Shown here in pieces: positions 8,566 to 16,566 of a stretch of DNA of 40,712 nt. Numbering within the stretch: the first letter of the stretch is position 1; every line of letters begins with the position of its first letter. This stretch comes from Candidatus Peregrinibacteria bacterium (GTDB lineage: Bacteria; Patescibacteriota; Gracilibacteria; Peribacterales; Peribacteraceae), in contig JACQCJ010000058.1 in assembly GCA_016201685.1 (NCBI GenBank), forward strand, positions 1-40,712. The letters are read 5' to 3'. The notes beneath the pieces were generated by a model. That model saw only the letters and a program-made list of their open reading frames with translations, did no database searches and was not told where the DNA came from. The translations under genes and the position numbers were made by a program.

Positions 8566-9816
8566 TCATACTGCTGTTCCACGCCCCACCGTGCTGAACT
8601 GTCCGAGCGACTGCGGCCCCGCGCCCACGCGCACGTAGTCCCGCATGAGCTCTTTGGCATCCTCGGAGGAGGCGCTCTGCGCGAGCCGCGTGAACGCGAG
8701 AAAATCCCCCTTGTTGTCGATCATGCGGGAGACCTGCTTCGCCACCGTCGGATCGTGGATCTCCAGTGACGCGAAGAGCTCTCTGCGCTGTTCCGCCGTC
8801 AGCGTCTTCCCTCGTTGCCGCAGCGTGCGGACGGCATCCCGCAATTCGGTGGAAGGTTGCTCCTGCATCTGCTCGATCAGCTTCGACCACGCTTCTCCCC
8901 GGATCCCGTACGCGAGCAGGATGCGTTCTCCCGGGCCGCCGATCTTCGTCAGGCCCGAAGCCAGACGGATCGTCCGCTTGTCCTGCGGCTCCAGGAGGGC
9001 GCGCCCGCCGCCCGCGGCAAGCCCCGCGACTCCCAGGTACATCGCCGGGACCGTGAAGTCGTTCTGCCCCGAGAGCGCGCTCGCGGCGCCCGTGAAGAGC
9101 CCGAGCGAGCCGGTGGTGATGAAGGTGATGAGGCGCGCGAACTTGCCCAGGTTCTCGCCGGCTTTCTTTTGGGCGGGGCCGGTCGCAATCACGGAGCGCG
9201 GGTAGGCGGGCGACGTGCCGAGCACGCGCTCGTACCCCTGGATGTACGCGAGCACCTCTCGCAGCGCGGCCCGCTGACTGCCCTGCACGACGCCCGATTG
9301 CATCCATCCCTCGATGCGTTCGCGCCCGGTGCGCAGCGCCCACGCGAAGTGGATCGGGTTGAACGTCGCTTTGCCTTCCTCCGGCTGCGCGTAGCTCGCT
9401 CTGTCCTCGATGCCCTGGATGATCGAAAGCGCCTGATGCTGAAGGCTCTCGGGCAACTGCGCGCTCGAGAGCACTCCCTCCAGTCGTTCGGCATGCGCCG
9501 CTCCGCGCGCGCTCTGGGAACGCACGCGCCCGGCAGCCCCTTCGGACCATTCCTTCTGCTCGGCGAAGAGCCGGTTCTGAATCTCCTGCCGCATGGGGAG
9601 GAACGCTGCATTGTTGATCGCTTCAGGGGAGCTGAAGAGGCTCGCGCGTCCGAGCGTCGACCGTGTGCGGACATTCCATCGTTCCCGATTCTCGCGGACT
9701 CGCAAGCGTTCCATCTGCCATCCGACCGCAAGGCCCGGCGCCGTGAGTCCCCGCCGATTGAGGAAGAAGTTCCCGGGGCGGAAGTCTGGGCCGGCGGGAC
9801 GCGAGAAGTTGCGCAT
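8566..9816 (-). CDS. Hypothetical protein (416 aa) with a central hydrophobic/Gly-rich segment; downstream partner of the VirB6-like gene
   Basis: ATG at 9814-9816 lies 14 nt after the stop of 9830..11623 (the tracked start 9975 would overlap it). Contains LITFITTGSLGLFTGAASALSG...AMYLGVAGLAAGGG. No family recognised. Confidence 0.55.
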   Translation of the reverse strand: MRNFSRPAGPDFRPGNFFLNRRGLTAPGLAVGWQMERLRVRENRERWNVRTRSTLGRASLFSSPEAINNAAFLPMRQEIQNRLFAEQKEWSEGAAGRVRSQSARGAAHAERLEGVLSSAQLPESLQHQALSIIQGIEDRASYAQPEEGKATFNPIHFAWALRTGRERIEGWMQSGVVQGSQRAALREVLAYIQGYERVLGTSPAYPRSVIATGPAQKKAGENLGKFARLITFITTGSLGLFTGAASALSGQNDFTVPAMYLGVAGLAAGGGRALLEPQDKRTIRLASGLTKIGGPGERILLAYGIRGEAWSKLIEQMQEQPSTELRDAVRTLRQRGKTLTAEQRRELFASLEIHDPTVAKQVSRMIDNKGDFLAFTRLAQSASSEDAKELMRDYVRVGAGPQSLGQFSTVGRGTAV

Positions 9817-9829
9817 GCGGATGAAAATG

Positions 9830-11623
9830 CTATGGCTGCGGCTGTCGCTGCTGCGCTGCTTGCCGCAACTGCGCTTTCTGTTGGGGGGTGAGCCGTTGCT
9901 CCATGGCATGGATGATCGCTTCCATGATCTGTCCGCCCGAGAGGCGACTGAGTTCCTGGTTCTGCCGCATGGCATTCATGATGGCATCGAAGTCCCCGTT
10001 GCTGTTTGGGTTCGCCGCGAGGTTGTTGATGTTGAGTTCGACGCGGGGAATGATCGTCTGCGCGGCTGCGCCTTGTTTCTCGAGAACTCCCGCCGGGGTT
10101 CTGTTGAGGATCTTGCCGATCGTATCGGGGCCGAGCGTTTCGCCTGCGTTGATGCGGCCCAGCCACTCCTTGGGATTGGCAAGCTTTCCTGCCTGGTTCG
10201 CAGACATCTTTCCTCCTCCCGGTGCGGGAAGAATGGGCAACGAGAGTGGAGCTTTCCAAGCGAGCTTGCCGAGGTTTGTCCCGAAGCCCTGGATTTGCTC
10301 GACGATACGCGCGCTAGACTTTTGTGTCTTCAGCGCCGTGAACACGCCGATCCAGATGATGGTGAGGCCGTTGAGCATCCAGAAGAGCTGCCCGATCGTC
10401 GCCACGCCCGCGAAGAGGGGAATGGCCGTGGCGAAGGCGGTGAACCCGGGCGGAGCCGCCGCGACGGAACCCACATTGAGGATGATGAAGCCCACGGCGA
10501 AGGGCACCCCGACGACTGCGGGCAGGAAGACTGCGCTGATGAAGTGGCCCATCAGCAAAGACTTCAATTCGAATTCTCCGCTGATCTTCTTCAGATCGAT
10601 AAACGAACCTTCCATGACAAATGCGAGTGCCACGAACGGCATGAAGGACATCGTGATGAGGAGGATGGGAATGCGGAACAGGAAGGCGACGACGAGCGCC
10701 AGGATGGGGAAGAAGAGCGCGACGTGGAGCAGGAGGACCATAGCCGATCTGATGATGAAGCTGAGCATGAGGCGCGGCGAGACGGGCTCTCCGCCGTTGG
10801 CGGCCCGCGGGTCGCTGATGGTCGCGAGCGTTTTGAGTCTCGCGTAATTGATCACGAGGCCATTGAGGACCTGCGATTGCATGCCGATGTTCCCGGGTTT
10901 CGTCGCGGGCACCGACTGGTAGCACACGAGCGGCCGAAGGGGGCAGTCCCATCCGTCTTCGCCGTCCGTGATGTCGTTCGTGTCCTCGAAGAACACGACG
11001 TTCGTCACGATGTCGCACGGTCGTGGCGGACCCACTCCGTCGGGCGGAGGGATCACGCAGCCGTTGGGAGAGAGCATGTTCGGGATCTGGTAGACGGTGT
11101 AGGTGAGAATCTGCGACACGTCGAAGAGCACGCGAGGGATGAACCACGTGAAGTTCACGAGCACGATCGCGATGACGAATTTCGGCAATGCCTTCTTCGC
11201 TTCTTCCAGATGAGCCGGCCGAACGGCAATGTAGATGGCCGTCACGATGAGAAAAATGGCGAAGCCGACATTCACGAGATCACGCGAGAGCTGCCAAATC
11301 TCATGGATCATCATCAGCAAACTGCCATCCTGGCCGCCGGGCTGCGTTCCAAAGATGAATGCCGGATCCATAATGATATTGAGCGCGTAGAAGAGGACCC
11401 AGGTCAGGAAGTTCATCGATGTGATGATGACACCCATCACCATAGCCATTTGTGTCATCATCGAGTCCGCAGTGTTCGATTGAGCATGCGCGATAGGAAT
11501 GCGTACGCCCTCCCCCCCCATATGCATGATGAAGAGCAAGATGGTCACCGCCCCGAGGCAACGCAGAAGGCGTTTGAGTGTCGACATTCCGACAATGATA
11601 GCACTTTTTGGCTTCTCTCTCAA
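9830..11623 (-). CDS. Large polytopic membrane protein, TrbL/VirB6-like (type IV secretion-like channel component), with signal peptide and Gln-rich tail
   Basis: 597 aa. Signal-like N-terminus ending IAHAQ, at least 7 TM segments, a 4-Cys exposed loop (PNGCVIPPP..RPCDIV..WDCPLRPLVCYQ), and the block IWQLSRDLVNVGFAIFLIV..KKALPKFVIAIVLVNFTWFIPRVLFDVSQIL, which I associate with VirB6/TrbL-like proteins of uncultivated bacteria. The family call is inference. Confidence 0.45.
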   Translation of the reverse strand: MREKPKSAIIVGMSTLKRLLRCLGAVTILLFIMHMGGEGVRIPIAHAQSNTADSMMTQMAMVMGVIITSMNFLTWVLFYALNIIMDPAFIFGTQPGGQDGSLLMMIHEIWQLSRDLVNVGFAIFLIVTAIYIAVRPAHLEEAKKALPKFVIAIVLVNFTWFIPRVLFDVSQILTYTVYQIPNMLSPNGCVIPPPDGVGPPRPCDIVTNVVFFEDTNDITDGEDGWDCPLRPLVCYQSVPATKPGNIGMQSQVLNGLVINYARLKTLATISDPRAANGGEPVSPRLMLSFIIRSAMVLLLHVALFFPILALVVAFLFRIPILLITMSFMPFVALAFVMEGSFIDLKKISGEFELKSLLMGHFISAVFLPAVVGVPFAVGFIILNVGSVAAAPPGFTAFATAIPLFAGVATIGQLFWMLNGLTIIWIGVFTALKTQKSSARIVEQIQGFGTNLGKLAWKAPLSLPILPAPGGGKMSANQAGKLANPKEWLGRINAGETLGPDTIGKILNRTPAGVLEKQGAAAQTIIPRVELNINNLAANPNSNGDFDAIMNAMRQNQELSRLSGGQIMEAIIHAMEQRLTPQQKAQLRQAAQQRQPQP

Positions 11624-11828
11624 GAGAATGCCTGGTAGAGGTTCACAAATTCTCCCGAAGCAACGCGCACGAACACAAACTGTGCATCACGACATAAAAC
11701 GGGAAGAAATGCGAGTATAAATTGTATTCATGATTAGGAGAAAAATACGGTGGTAGAGCGTTTTTCTTCTCTTCGTAAAGCAAAAAAGACATGTATACAT
11801 CTCTTGAACGAGTTCTTGAGTACTTTTC

Positions 11829-11858
11829 TTGCACTCTGGATACGCATCTGAGTAATGT
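11829..11858 (+). promoter_or_regulatory. Putative sigma70-type promoter for the wHTH gene
   Basis: TTGCAC (11829-11834), 18-nt spacer, TAATGT (11853-11858). ATG 11869 follows after 10 nt with no SD. Confidence 0.35.
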
Positions 11859-11868
11859 TTGTGAACAC

Positions 11869-12456
11869 ATGTCCTCCACAACGCTGAAAGCACTGTTCAG
11901 TTCGCAAACGAGAGTCAAGCTGCTCTCCACCTTTCTGCTCCATCCCGAGCAGGAATACTTCATCCGGGAACTTACGCGTCTGCTGGGGGAGCAGATCAAT
12001 TCCATCCGACGAGAGCTGGAAAATTTGCGCAGGATCGGTCTCGTGAAGGCGCGCCATCGCAACCGCAAGAAGTACTATCACGTGGAAAGCGAGTTCCCGT
12101 TCTTCCTGGAACTCAAGAGCATCTTCTCCAAAGAGATCCAGGCCGAGAGCCCGGCAATCGGCAGCCTGAAGAAGCTCCCCAATATCCAGCTCATTCTCTT
12201 GGCGGGGTCCTTCACCGGCACCGAGAGCAAAGTGGATCTGCTCGTCGTCGGCACGATGAAGAAGGAAATCCTCGAAGCACTGCTCCTCCAGGAGCCCAAC
12301 CTCCGTCACGTGAAGTACTCGATCTTCCCGGAGGCGGATTTCCTCTACCGCTTGAGCCTCAAAGACCGCTTCATCCTCGAGATCCTCAATGACCCGCGCC
12401 ATCTGATCGTCCTCAATACGATGCAGAAGGAAATTGAAGAAGCGATGGGAAAATAA
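11869..12456 (+). CDS. Winged-helix (ArsR-like) DNA-binding protein with C-terminal nucleotidyltransferase-like domain
   Basis: MSSTTLKALFSSQTRVKLLSTFLLHPEQEYFIRELTRLLGEQINSIRRELENLRRIGLV is a typical wHTH. The C-terminal LILLAGSFTGTESKVDLLVVG resembles a minimal NT fold. The tracked start 11791 is possible but lies upstream of the predicted promoter. Confidence 0.65.
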   Translation: MSSTTLKALFSSQTRVKLLSTFLLHPEQEYFIRELTRLLGEQINSIRRELENLRRIGLVKARHRNRKKYYHVESEFPFFLELKSIFSKEIQAESPAIGSLKKLPNIQLILLAGSFTGTESKVDLLVVGTMKKEILEALLLQEPNLRHVKYSIFPEADFLYRLSLKDRFILEILNDPRHLIVLNTMQKEIEEAMGK

Positions 12457-12547
12457 GAAACAAGGAACAAGTCGCAAAAAAATGGACACACTGTTTTTGT
12501 ATCTTGTATCTTGCTTCGTGTACCTTATTTTTGGCCTGGGAAAGACC

Positions 12548-12576
12548 TTTACAAAGATCCATCCTCTCTCTAAACT
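12548..12576 (+). promoter_or_regulatory. Putative promoter of the rplS-fusion gene
   Basis: TTTACA (12548-12553), 17-nt spacer, TAAACT (12571-12576). ATG 12589 is 12 nt downstream with no SD. Confidence 0.4.
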
Positions 12577-12588
12577 TTCCGCACTTCC

Positions 12589-14088
12589 ATGCCCTCCGCC
12601 ATTCTTCATCGACAGGCCGCAGCGTACGTGAAGAAGTTGCCCGAGATCGCTCCGGGGTACACCGTGCGCGTGCATGAGCGCATTAAAGAAGGGGAGAAGG
12701 AACGCGTGCAAATCTTCGAGGGGCTCGTGATCGGCGTCCATCGCGGTCACAGCGCGACCGATGCGACGTTCACCGTCCGCCGCATCGCGTCGGGGATCGG
12801 CGTCGAGCGGATCTTCTCGATCCATTCGCCGATGGTCGAAAAGGTCGATGTGCGCAAAGTCGCCAGGGTTCGTCGCGCGAAGCTCTCGTTCCTCCGCGGG
12901 CGCCGCGGTAAATCCGCGCGCCTGAGCGAGCGGTTCACGAGTGCCGACGAATTCGCGATCGCCGTGCAAGCGTCTGAGAAGGAGGAAGCGTCTGTTTCGG
13001 CGGAGGAAAGTGTTTCTTCAGAGCAGAAGTCTCGTGAGGATCATCTGCGACGGTATACTCGTTCCATGCTTCTCCTGCTCGTGGGAAATTACGGGGTCGG
13101 CAATCTCGGCGATGAAGCGTTGAAAGACTACTTCCTCTCGCGTTTTCCGGAGGTCGATTGGACGGTCGTGTCGGCTCATCCTCAAGGTGAACATGATGTA
13201 CCGCGCCTGCCGCTCGGGTTTCGTTCCTTCTTCGCCACGCCGTGGCCGCGCACACTGAAAGCCCTCTGGTCCTGCGATGGCGTTGTGTTCGGCGGAGGAG
13301 CGCTCTTCACGGAGAGCGAGTCCCGTTTCGCCGTTGTGCTGTGGTGGTCGCATGCCGCTTTCGCGATGGCGTTTCGAAGGCCCATCCTTCTCGCGTTCCA
13401 GGGTATCGGCCCGTTTTCGACGCGACTCGGCCGATGGATGACGCGCTTCGTCCTGCGTCGCGCCCGATTCATTTCCGTCCGCGATCCGCTCTCGGTCAGA
13501 CGCGTTTGTCATCTCTGTCCGGGAATTCCGGTTACGGAGTCCTTCGATCCTGTCTTTGCGGTGTCTCGCGCCTTGGTGCCGCGGTCGATTCGTTCTCCGC
13601 GGTCGCTGGCCCTCATTCCACGTGCAACAATCTCGGCATCGTTTGAGAAGCGGGTCCGTGATCTCCTGCGCCAAGGCGACGTCACGAGTGTGCGCATCCT
13701 CTCCCTGCAGCCCGATGATCTGCGAGAATCGGAAACGTGCCGAATGCTCGCGACGAAATTCTCCGCGGACGTCGTCCCCATCCGGTCCCTCGCGGACCTG
13801 ATCTCGGCCATCGAAGAATCGCGTCTCGTCCTCTCGCAGCGTTACCACGGGGCCATCGCGGCGCTGGCGCTTCGCGTTCCGTACCTGATTGTGGAGCAGA
13901 CGGATGGCGACAAATTCGCGTCGCTTCGTCCCTGGAGCGGGAAGATCGTGGATCATCAGACGATCGCCGAATTGCAGAGGCGTGTGGATGAGGGAGAGAG
14001 GGGATTGCGGGAGGCTCTTGTTGCTCTTGGACGCTTAAAAAATTCCTCAGATCATCCTTCGATACGCGCCGCCGCGATGTCAGGCTGA
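12589..14088 (+). CDS. rplS: Ribosomal protein bL19 continuous in frame with a polysaccharide pyruvyl transferase (CsaB-like) domain
   Basis: aa 1-115 are PGYTVRVHERIKEGEKERVQIFEGLVIGVHRG...FTVRRIASGIGVERIFSIHSPMVEKVDVRKVARVRRAKLSFLRGRRGKSARLSER (bL19). An acidic Ser/Glu linker follows. From M160 (ATG 13066) MLLLLVGNYGVGNLGDEAL...RDPLS...SQRYHGAIAALALRVP is pyruvyl-transferase-like. There is no stop between the two parts. Confidence 0.85.
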   Translation: MPSAILHRQAAAYVKKLPEIAPGYTVRVHERIKEGEKERVQIFEGLVIGVHRGHSATDATFTVRRIASGIGVERIFSIHSPMVEKVDVRKVARVRRAKLSFLRGRRGKSARLSERFTSADEFAIAVQASEKEEASVSAEESVSSEQKSREDHLRRYTRSMLLLLVGNYGVGNLGDEALKDYFLSRFPEVDWTVVSAHPQGEHDVPRLPLGFRSFFATPWPRTLKALWSCDGVVFGGGALFTESESRFAVVLWWSHAAFAMAFRRPILLAFQGIGPFSTRLGRWMTRFVLRRARFISVRDPLSVRRVCHLCPGIPVTESFDPVFAVSRALVPRSIRSPRSLALIPRATISASFEKRVRDLLRQGDVTSVRILSLQPDDLRESETCRMLATKFSADVVPIRSLADLISAIEESRLVLSQRYHGAIAALALRVPYLIVEQTDGDKFASLRPWSGKIVDHQTIAELQRRVDEGERGLREALVALGRLKNSSDHPSIRAAAMSG

Positions 14089-14149
14089 GTAGCGAGGCAC
14101 CGCAGTGCCGAGCGTATCGAAGTGCGACAAGCGGCGCTACTCAGGATGA
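14052..14149. repeat. Expanded REP-like element with interleaved inverted repeats, spanning the 3' end of the pyruvyl-transferase ORF and the intergenic region
   Basis: TCATCCTTCGATACGC (14052-14067) pairs with GCGTATCGAAG (14112-14122). CTGAGTAGCG (14085-14094) pairs with CGCTACTCAG (14135-14144). There is a central hairpin GGCAC-CGCA-GTGCC (14096-14109) and an outer TCATCC/GGATGA pair. Confidence 0.7.
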
Positions 14150-14164
14150 CAAAGCAGTAGAAAG

Positions 14165-14192
14165 TTGAATCGAGATCTCGCTCAAGTATACT
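14165..14192 (+). promoter_or_regulatory. Promoter of bcp with leaderless geometry
   Basis: TTGAAT (14165-14170), 16-nt spacer, TATACT (14187-14192), then 7 nt to ATG 14200. Confidence 0.5.
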
Positions 14193-14199
14193 CTGCGCC

Positions 14200-14649
14200 A
14201 TGGCTCTCACGAAAGGGGACCGCGCACCGGCATTCGAAGCACTCGATCAAGCAGGAAAAATTCACACTCTCCAGGAATACCGCGGGCAATGGCTCCTTTT
14301 GTATTTTTATCCGAAGGATGACACGCCCGGATGCACGGCGGAGGCGTGCGGACTCCGCGATCGTTTCGGCGATCTACAGAAACTTGCCGCAATCATCGGC
14401 GTGAGCGCGGATGATATCGAAAGTCATTCGAAGTTCGTTCAGAAGTATTCGCTGCCATTTACGTTGCTTGCGGATCCCGAGAAGAGAATCCTCGGCGCGT
14501 ACGGCGTGGGATCAGACTTCAAGAAGCGGGTCTCGTTCCTCATCGACCCAGCGGGAGTCATTCGGCAGATCTACGAGAAGGTCGATCCGGAGAAGCATGT
14601 AGCAGAAGTGGTGCAAAATCTCCGGGATTTGACGATGGGAATGGCATGA
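14200..14649 (+). CDS. bcp: Thioredoxin-dependent peroxiredoxin Bcp (PrxQ type)
   Basis: LTKGDRAPAFEALDQAGKIHTLQEYRGQWLLLYFYPKDDTPGCTAEACGLRD...FTLLADPEKRILGAYGV. Contains the canonical PxxxTxxC peroxidatic motif. 149 aa. Confidence 0.9.
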   Translation: MALTKGDRAPAFEALDQAGKIHTLQEYRGQWLLLYFYPKDDTPGCTAEACGLRDRFGDLQKLAAIIGVSADDIESHSKFVQKYSLPFTLLADPEKRILGAYGVGSDFKKRVSFLIDPAGVIRQIYEKVDPEKHVAEVVQNLRDLTMGMA

Positions 14650-15938
14650 GCTCGCTATACTCCCATCCTATGGACACCGCCCCCCTCGCCTATCGGATGC
14701 GCCCGCGCACGCTCGACGAGTTCGTGGGACAGGAGCACGTGGTGGGGGAGGGGACGGGGCTGCGCACCGCGATCGAGCATGATCAGCTCTCCTCCGTGAT
14801 CCTGGCTGGACCGCCGGGGACGGGGAAGACGACGCTCGCGCACATCATCAGCGATGCGACCAAGGCCGCGTTCGTCCAGATCAACGCCGTGTCGAGCGGG
14901 ATCAAGGAATTGCGGGCCGTCTGTGACGAAGCTCTCCGCTTGTTCGAGAGTTTCAAGCAGCGAACGGTCCTCTTCATCGACGAGATCCATCGCTTCAATA
15001 CCGCACAGCAGGATGCCCTTCTTCCATTTGTGGAAAGCGGCACCGTGATCCTCATCGGCGCGACCACGCAAAATCCGTATTTCGACGTGAACAAGGCGCT
15101 CGTCTCGCGGTCGCACGTGTATCTTTTGAAGCCGCTTTCCCCGGCAGATCTCGTTTCGATCCTTCGTCGAGCCGTCGACGACGAACGCGGCTATGCGGGG
15201 AAGATCACGATCGACGATGATGCGTTCACGCACATCGCATCCAGGAGCAACGGCGACGCGCGCATCGCACTCAATCTGCTCGAACTCGCCGTCCTCACGA
15301 TCGGCTCCTCGGTGAGTCTCCGTGACGCCCAGAAGCTCCTCAAGGAACGCCGCGAACGCTACGATGCTTCCGGGGAGGATCACTACGATACGGTCTCGGC
15401 CTTCATCAAGACGATCCGCGGGAGTGATCCTGACGCCGCGCTCGTGTGGCTGTTCTCCATGCTCGATCGCGGGGAAGATCCGCGTTTCCTCTTTCGGCGC
15501 ATGGCGATCCTCGCAAGTGAAGACATCGGCAACGCTGATCCGCGGGCGCTTGCGATCGTGGTTGCAGCTTGGCAGGCCTTCGAACTCGTGGGGCCGCCGG
15601 AGGGGGAATTTTTCCTCGCTCACGCGTGCGTGTACCTCGCGCAGGCGCCCAAGAGCAACGCCGTCACGCGTGCCATGGGAGCGGCGAAGGCCGCATTGCG
15701 CTCGCTCTCCTCCGTCGAAGTGCCTCTCCATCTTCGCAATGCGCCGATGAAGGGGATGAAATCGCAGGGCTACGGGGTGGGATACCAGTACCCGCACGAT
15801 GCTCGGGATGGCTTTGTGCGGGAGAACTACTTTCCGATCGGCATGTCGCCCACTGTCTTCTACGACCCGACGGATCGCGGTTTCGAGTCGGAGGTGCGGG
15901 AGAGGCTTTCGCGCATTCACTCGGTTGTCCGCCGGTAG
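14646..15938 (+). CDS. rarA: Replication-associated recombination protein A (MgsA/RarA AAA+ ATPase)
   Basis: PLAYRMRPRTLDEFVGQEHVVGEG..LRTAIEHDQLSSVILAGPPGTGKTTLAHII...VLFIDEIHRFN..QQDALLP.VE.G...LIGATT.NP...LRNAPMKGMKSQGYGVGYQYPHD. ATGA overlap with the bcp stop. Confidence 0.92.
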   Translation: MSSLYSHPMDTAPLAYRMRPRTLDEFVGQEHVVGEGTGLRTAIEHDQLSSVILAGPPGTGKTTLAHIISDATKAAFVQINAVSSGIKELRAVCDEALRLFESFKQRTVLFIDEIHRFNTAQQDALLPFVESGTVILIGATTQNPYFDVNKALVSRSHVYLLKPLSPADLVSILRRAVDDERGYAGKITIDDDAFTHIASRSNGDARIALNLLELAVLTIGSSVSLRDAQKLLKERRERYDASGEDHYDTVSAFIKTIRGSDPDAALVWLFSMLDRGEDPRFLFRRMAILASEDIGNADPRALAIVVAAWQAFELVGPPEGEFFLAHACVYLAQAPKSNAVTRAMGAAKAALRSLSSVEVPLHLRNAPMKGMKSQGYGVGYQYPHDARDGFVRENYFPIGMSPTVFYDPTDRGFESEVRERLSRIHSVVRR

Positions 15939-15966
15939 TTGCAATATTCTTAAAAAAATGTACAAT
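15939..15966 (+). promoter_or_regulatory. Putative promoter of the 15980 membrane-protein gene
   Basis: TTGCAA (15939-15944), 16-nt spacer, TACAAT (15961-15966). ATG 15980 is 13 nt downstream. Confidence 0.4.
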
Positions 15967-15979
15967 ATAAATAACACCC

Positions 15980-16564
15980 ATGCAGTCCCAGATGAGTTCC
16001 CTCCGTCGTTTCGCGCATCGGCACGATGTGACTCCGGCATTTCATGCGGCGTATTTCGTACTGACGATTCTGGTTGCAGCACTGCTCAACCTCGGTTGGT
16101 TCGCTCTGCTGATCGTCCTCCACATGGCATTGGACACGGTGAAGTATCGAGACATGCATCGACTCTCGTGGCCGAAGACCGCGCACGCGGTGCTGCGCGA
16201 GAGCTTGCTGGACTGCACGCTGCTCATCCTCGCGCTCGACGTCGAAGTGTACCTCCGCGGCGCTTCGGGCATCGTCGCCCTGAGCGCTCTCTTCCGCGGA
16301 GAACAAGCGCTCCTCGAAGGGCTCTTCGTCTTTCTGCCCAAGGTGGAGGTCCTGGTGCACGTCACGAACGTCCTCTCCACCGTTCGATCCCACTTGCGCA
16401 TTGCGAATCTCGATCATGCCAGCCGCTGGTCGATGATCGAACGCGTCTCGCTCGCAGGAGCGACCGCGGGTCTGCTGCTCTTCATGCTTGCGCCGCTCTC
16501 CTCCGGAGTGCACGAGTCCTTCCTCGCAGCCGTCTCCAATGAATTGTTGTTATGGAGATTGTGA
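15980..16564 (+). CDS. Hypothetical membrane protein (194 aa)
   Basis: Several hydrophobic helices (AFHAAYFVLTILVAALLNLGWFALLIVLHMAL, LLDCTLLILALDV, AGATAGLLLFMLAPL). No family recognised. Confidence 0.6.
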   Translation: MQSQMSSLRRFAHRHDVTPAFHAAYFVLTILVAALLNLGWFALLIVLHMALDTVKYRDMHRLSWPKTAHAVLRESLLDCTLLILALDVEVYLRGASGIVALSALFRGEQALLEGLFVFLPKVEVLVHVTNVLSTVRSHLRIANLDHASRWSMIERVSLAGATAGLLLFMLAPLSSGVHESFLAAVSNELLLWRL

Positions 16565-16566
16565 AT

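Noticed and set aside
8381-9550. The 815-aa ORF 7103..9550 suggested an enolase with a 390-aa N-terminal extension.
   Set aside because: The extension is Arg/Ala/Gly-rich junk that overlaps the better-supported 8566..9816 gene in another frame. A canonical enolase N-terminus (MSMVCISIIHARQILDSRG) starts at the ATG at 8380.
9593-11638. Very long ORFs antisense to real genes. Examples: 9593..11638 (681 aa) opposite the VirB6-like gene, 14655..16082 opposite rarA, 7274..8428 opposite eno, 33444..34967 opposite murF, 23903..25207, 20922..22025, 22176..23261 and 38877..40055.
   Set aside because: Their translations are Arg/Gly/Glu/His-rich low-complexity strings with no recognisable motifs, while the opposite strands encode clearly conserved proteins. 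Long stop-free antisense frames are expected from codon bias in GC-rich DNA.
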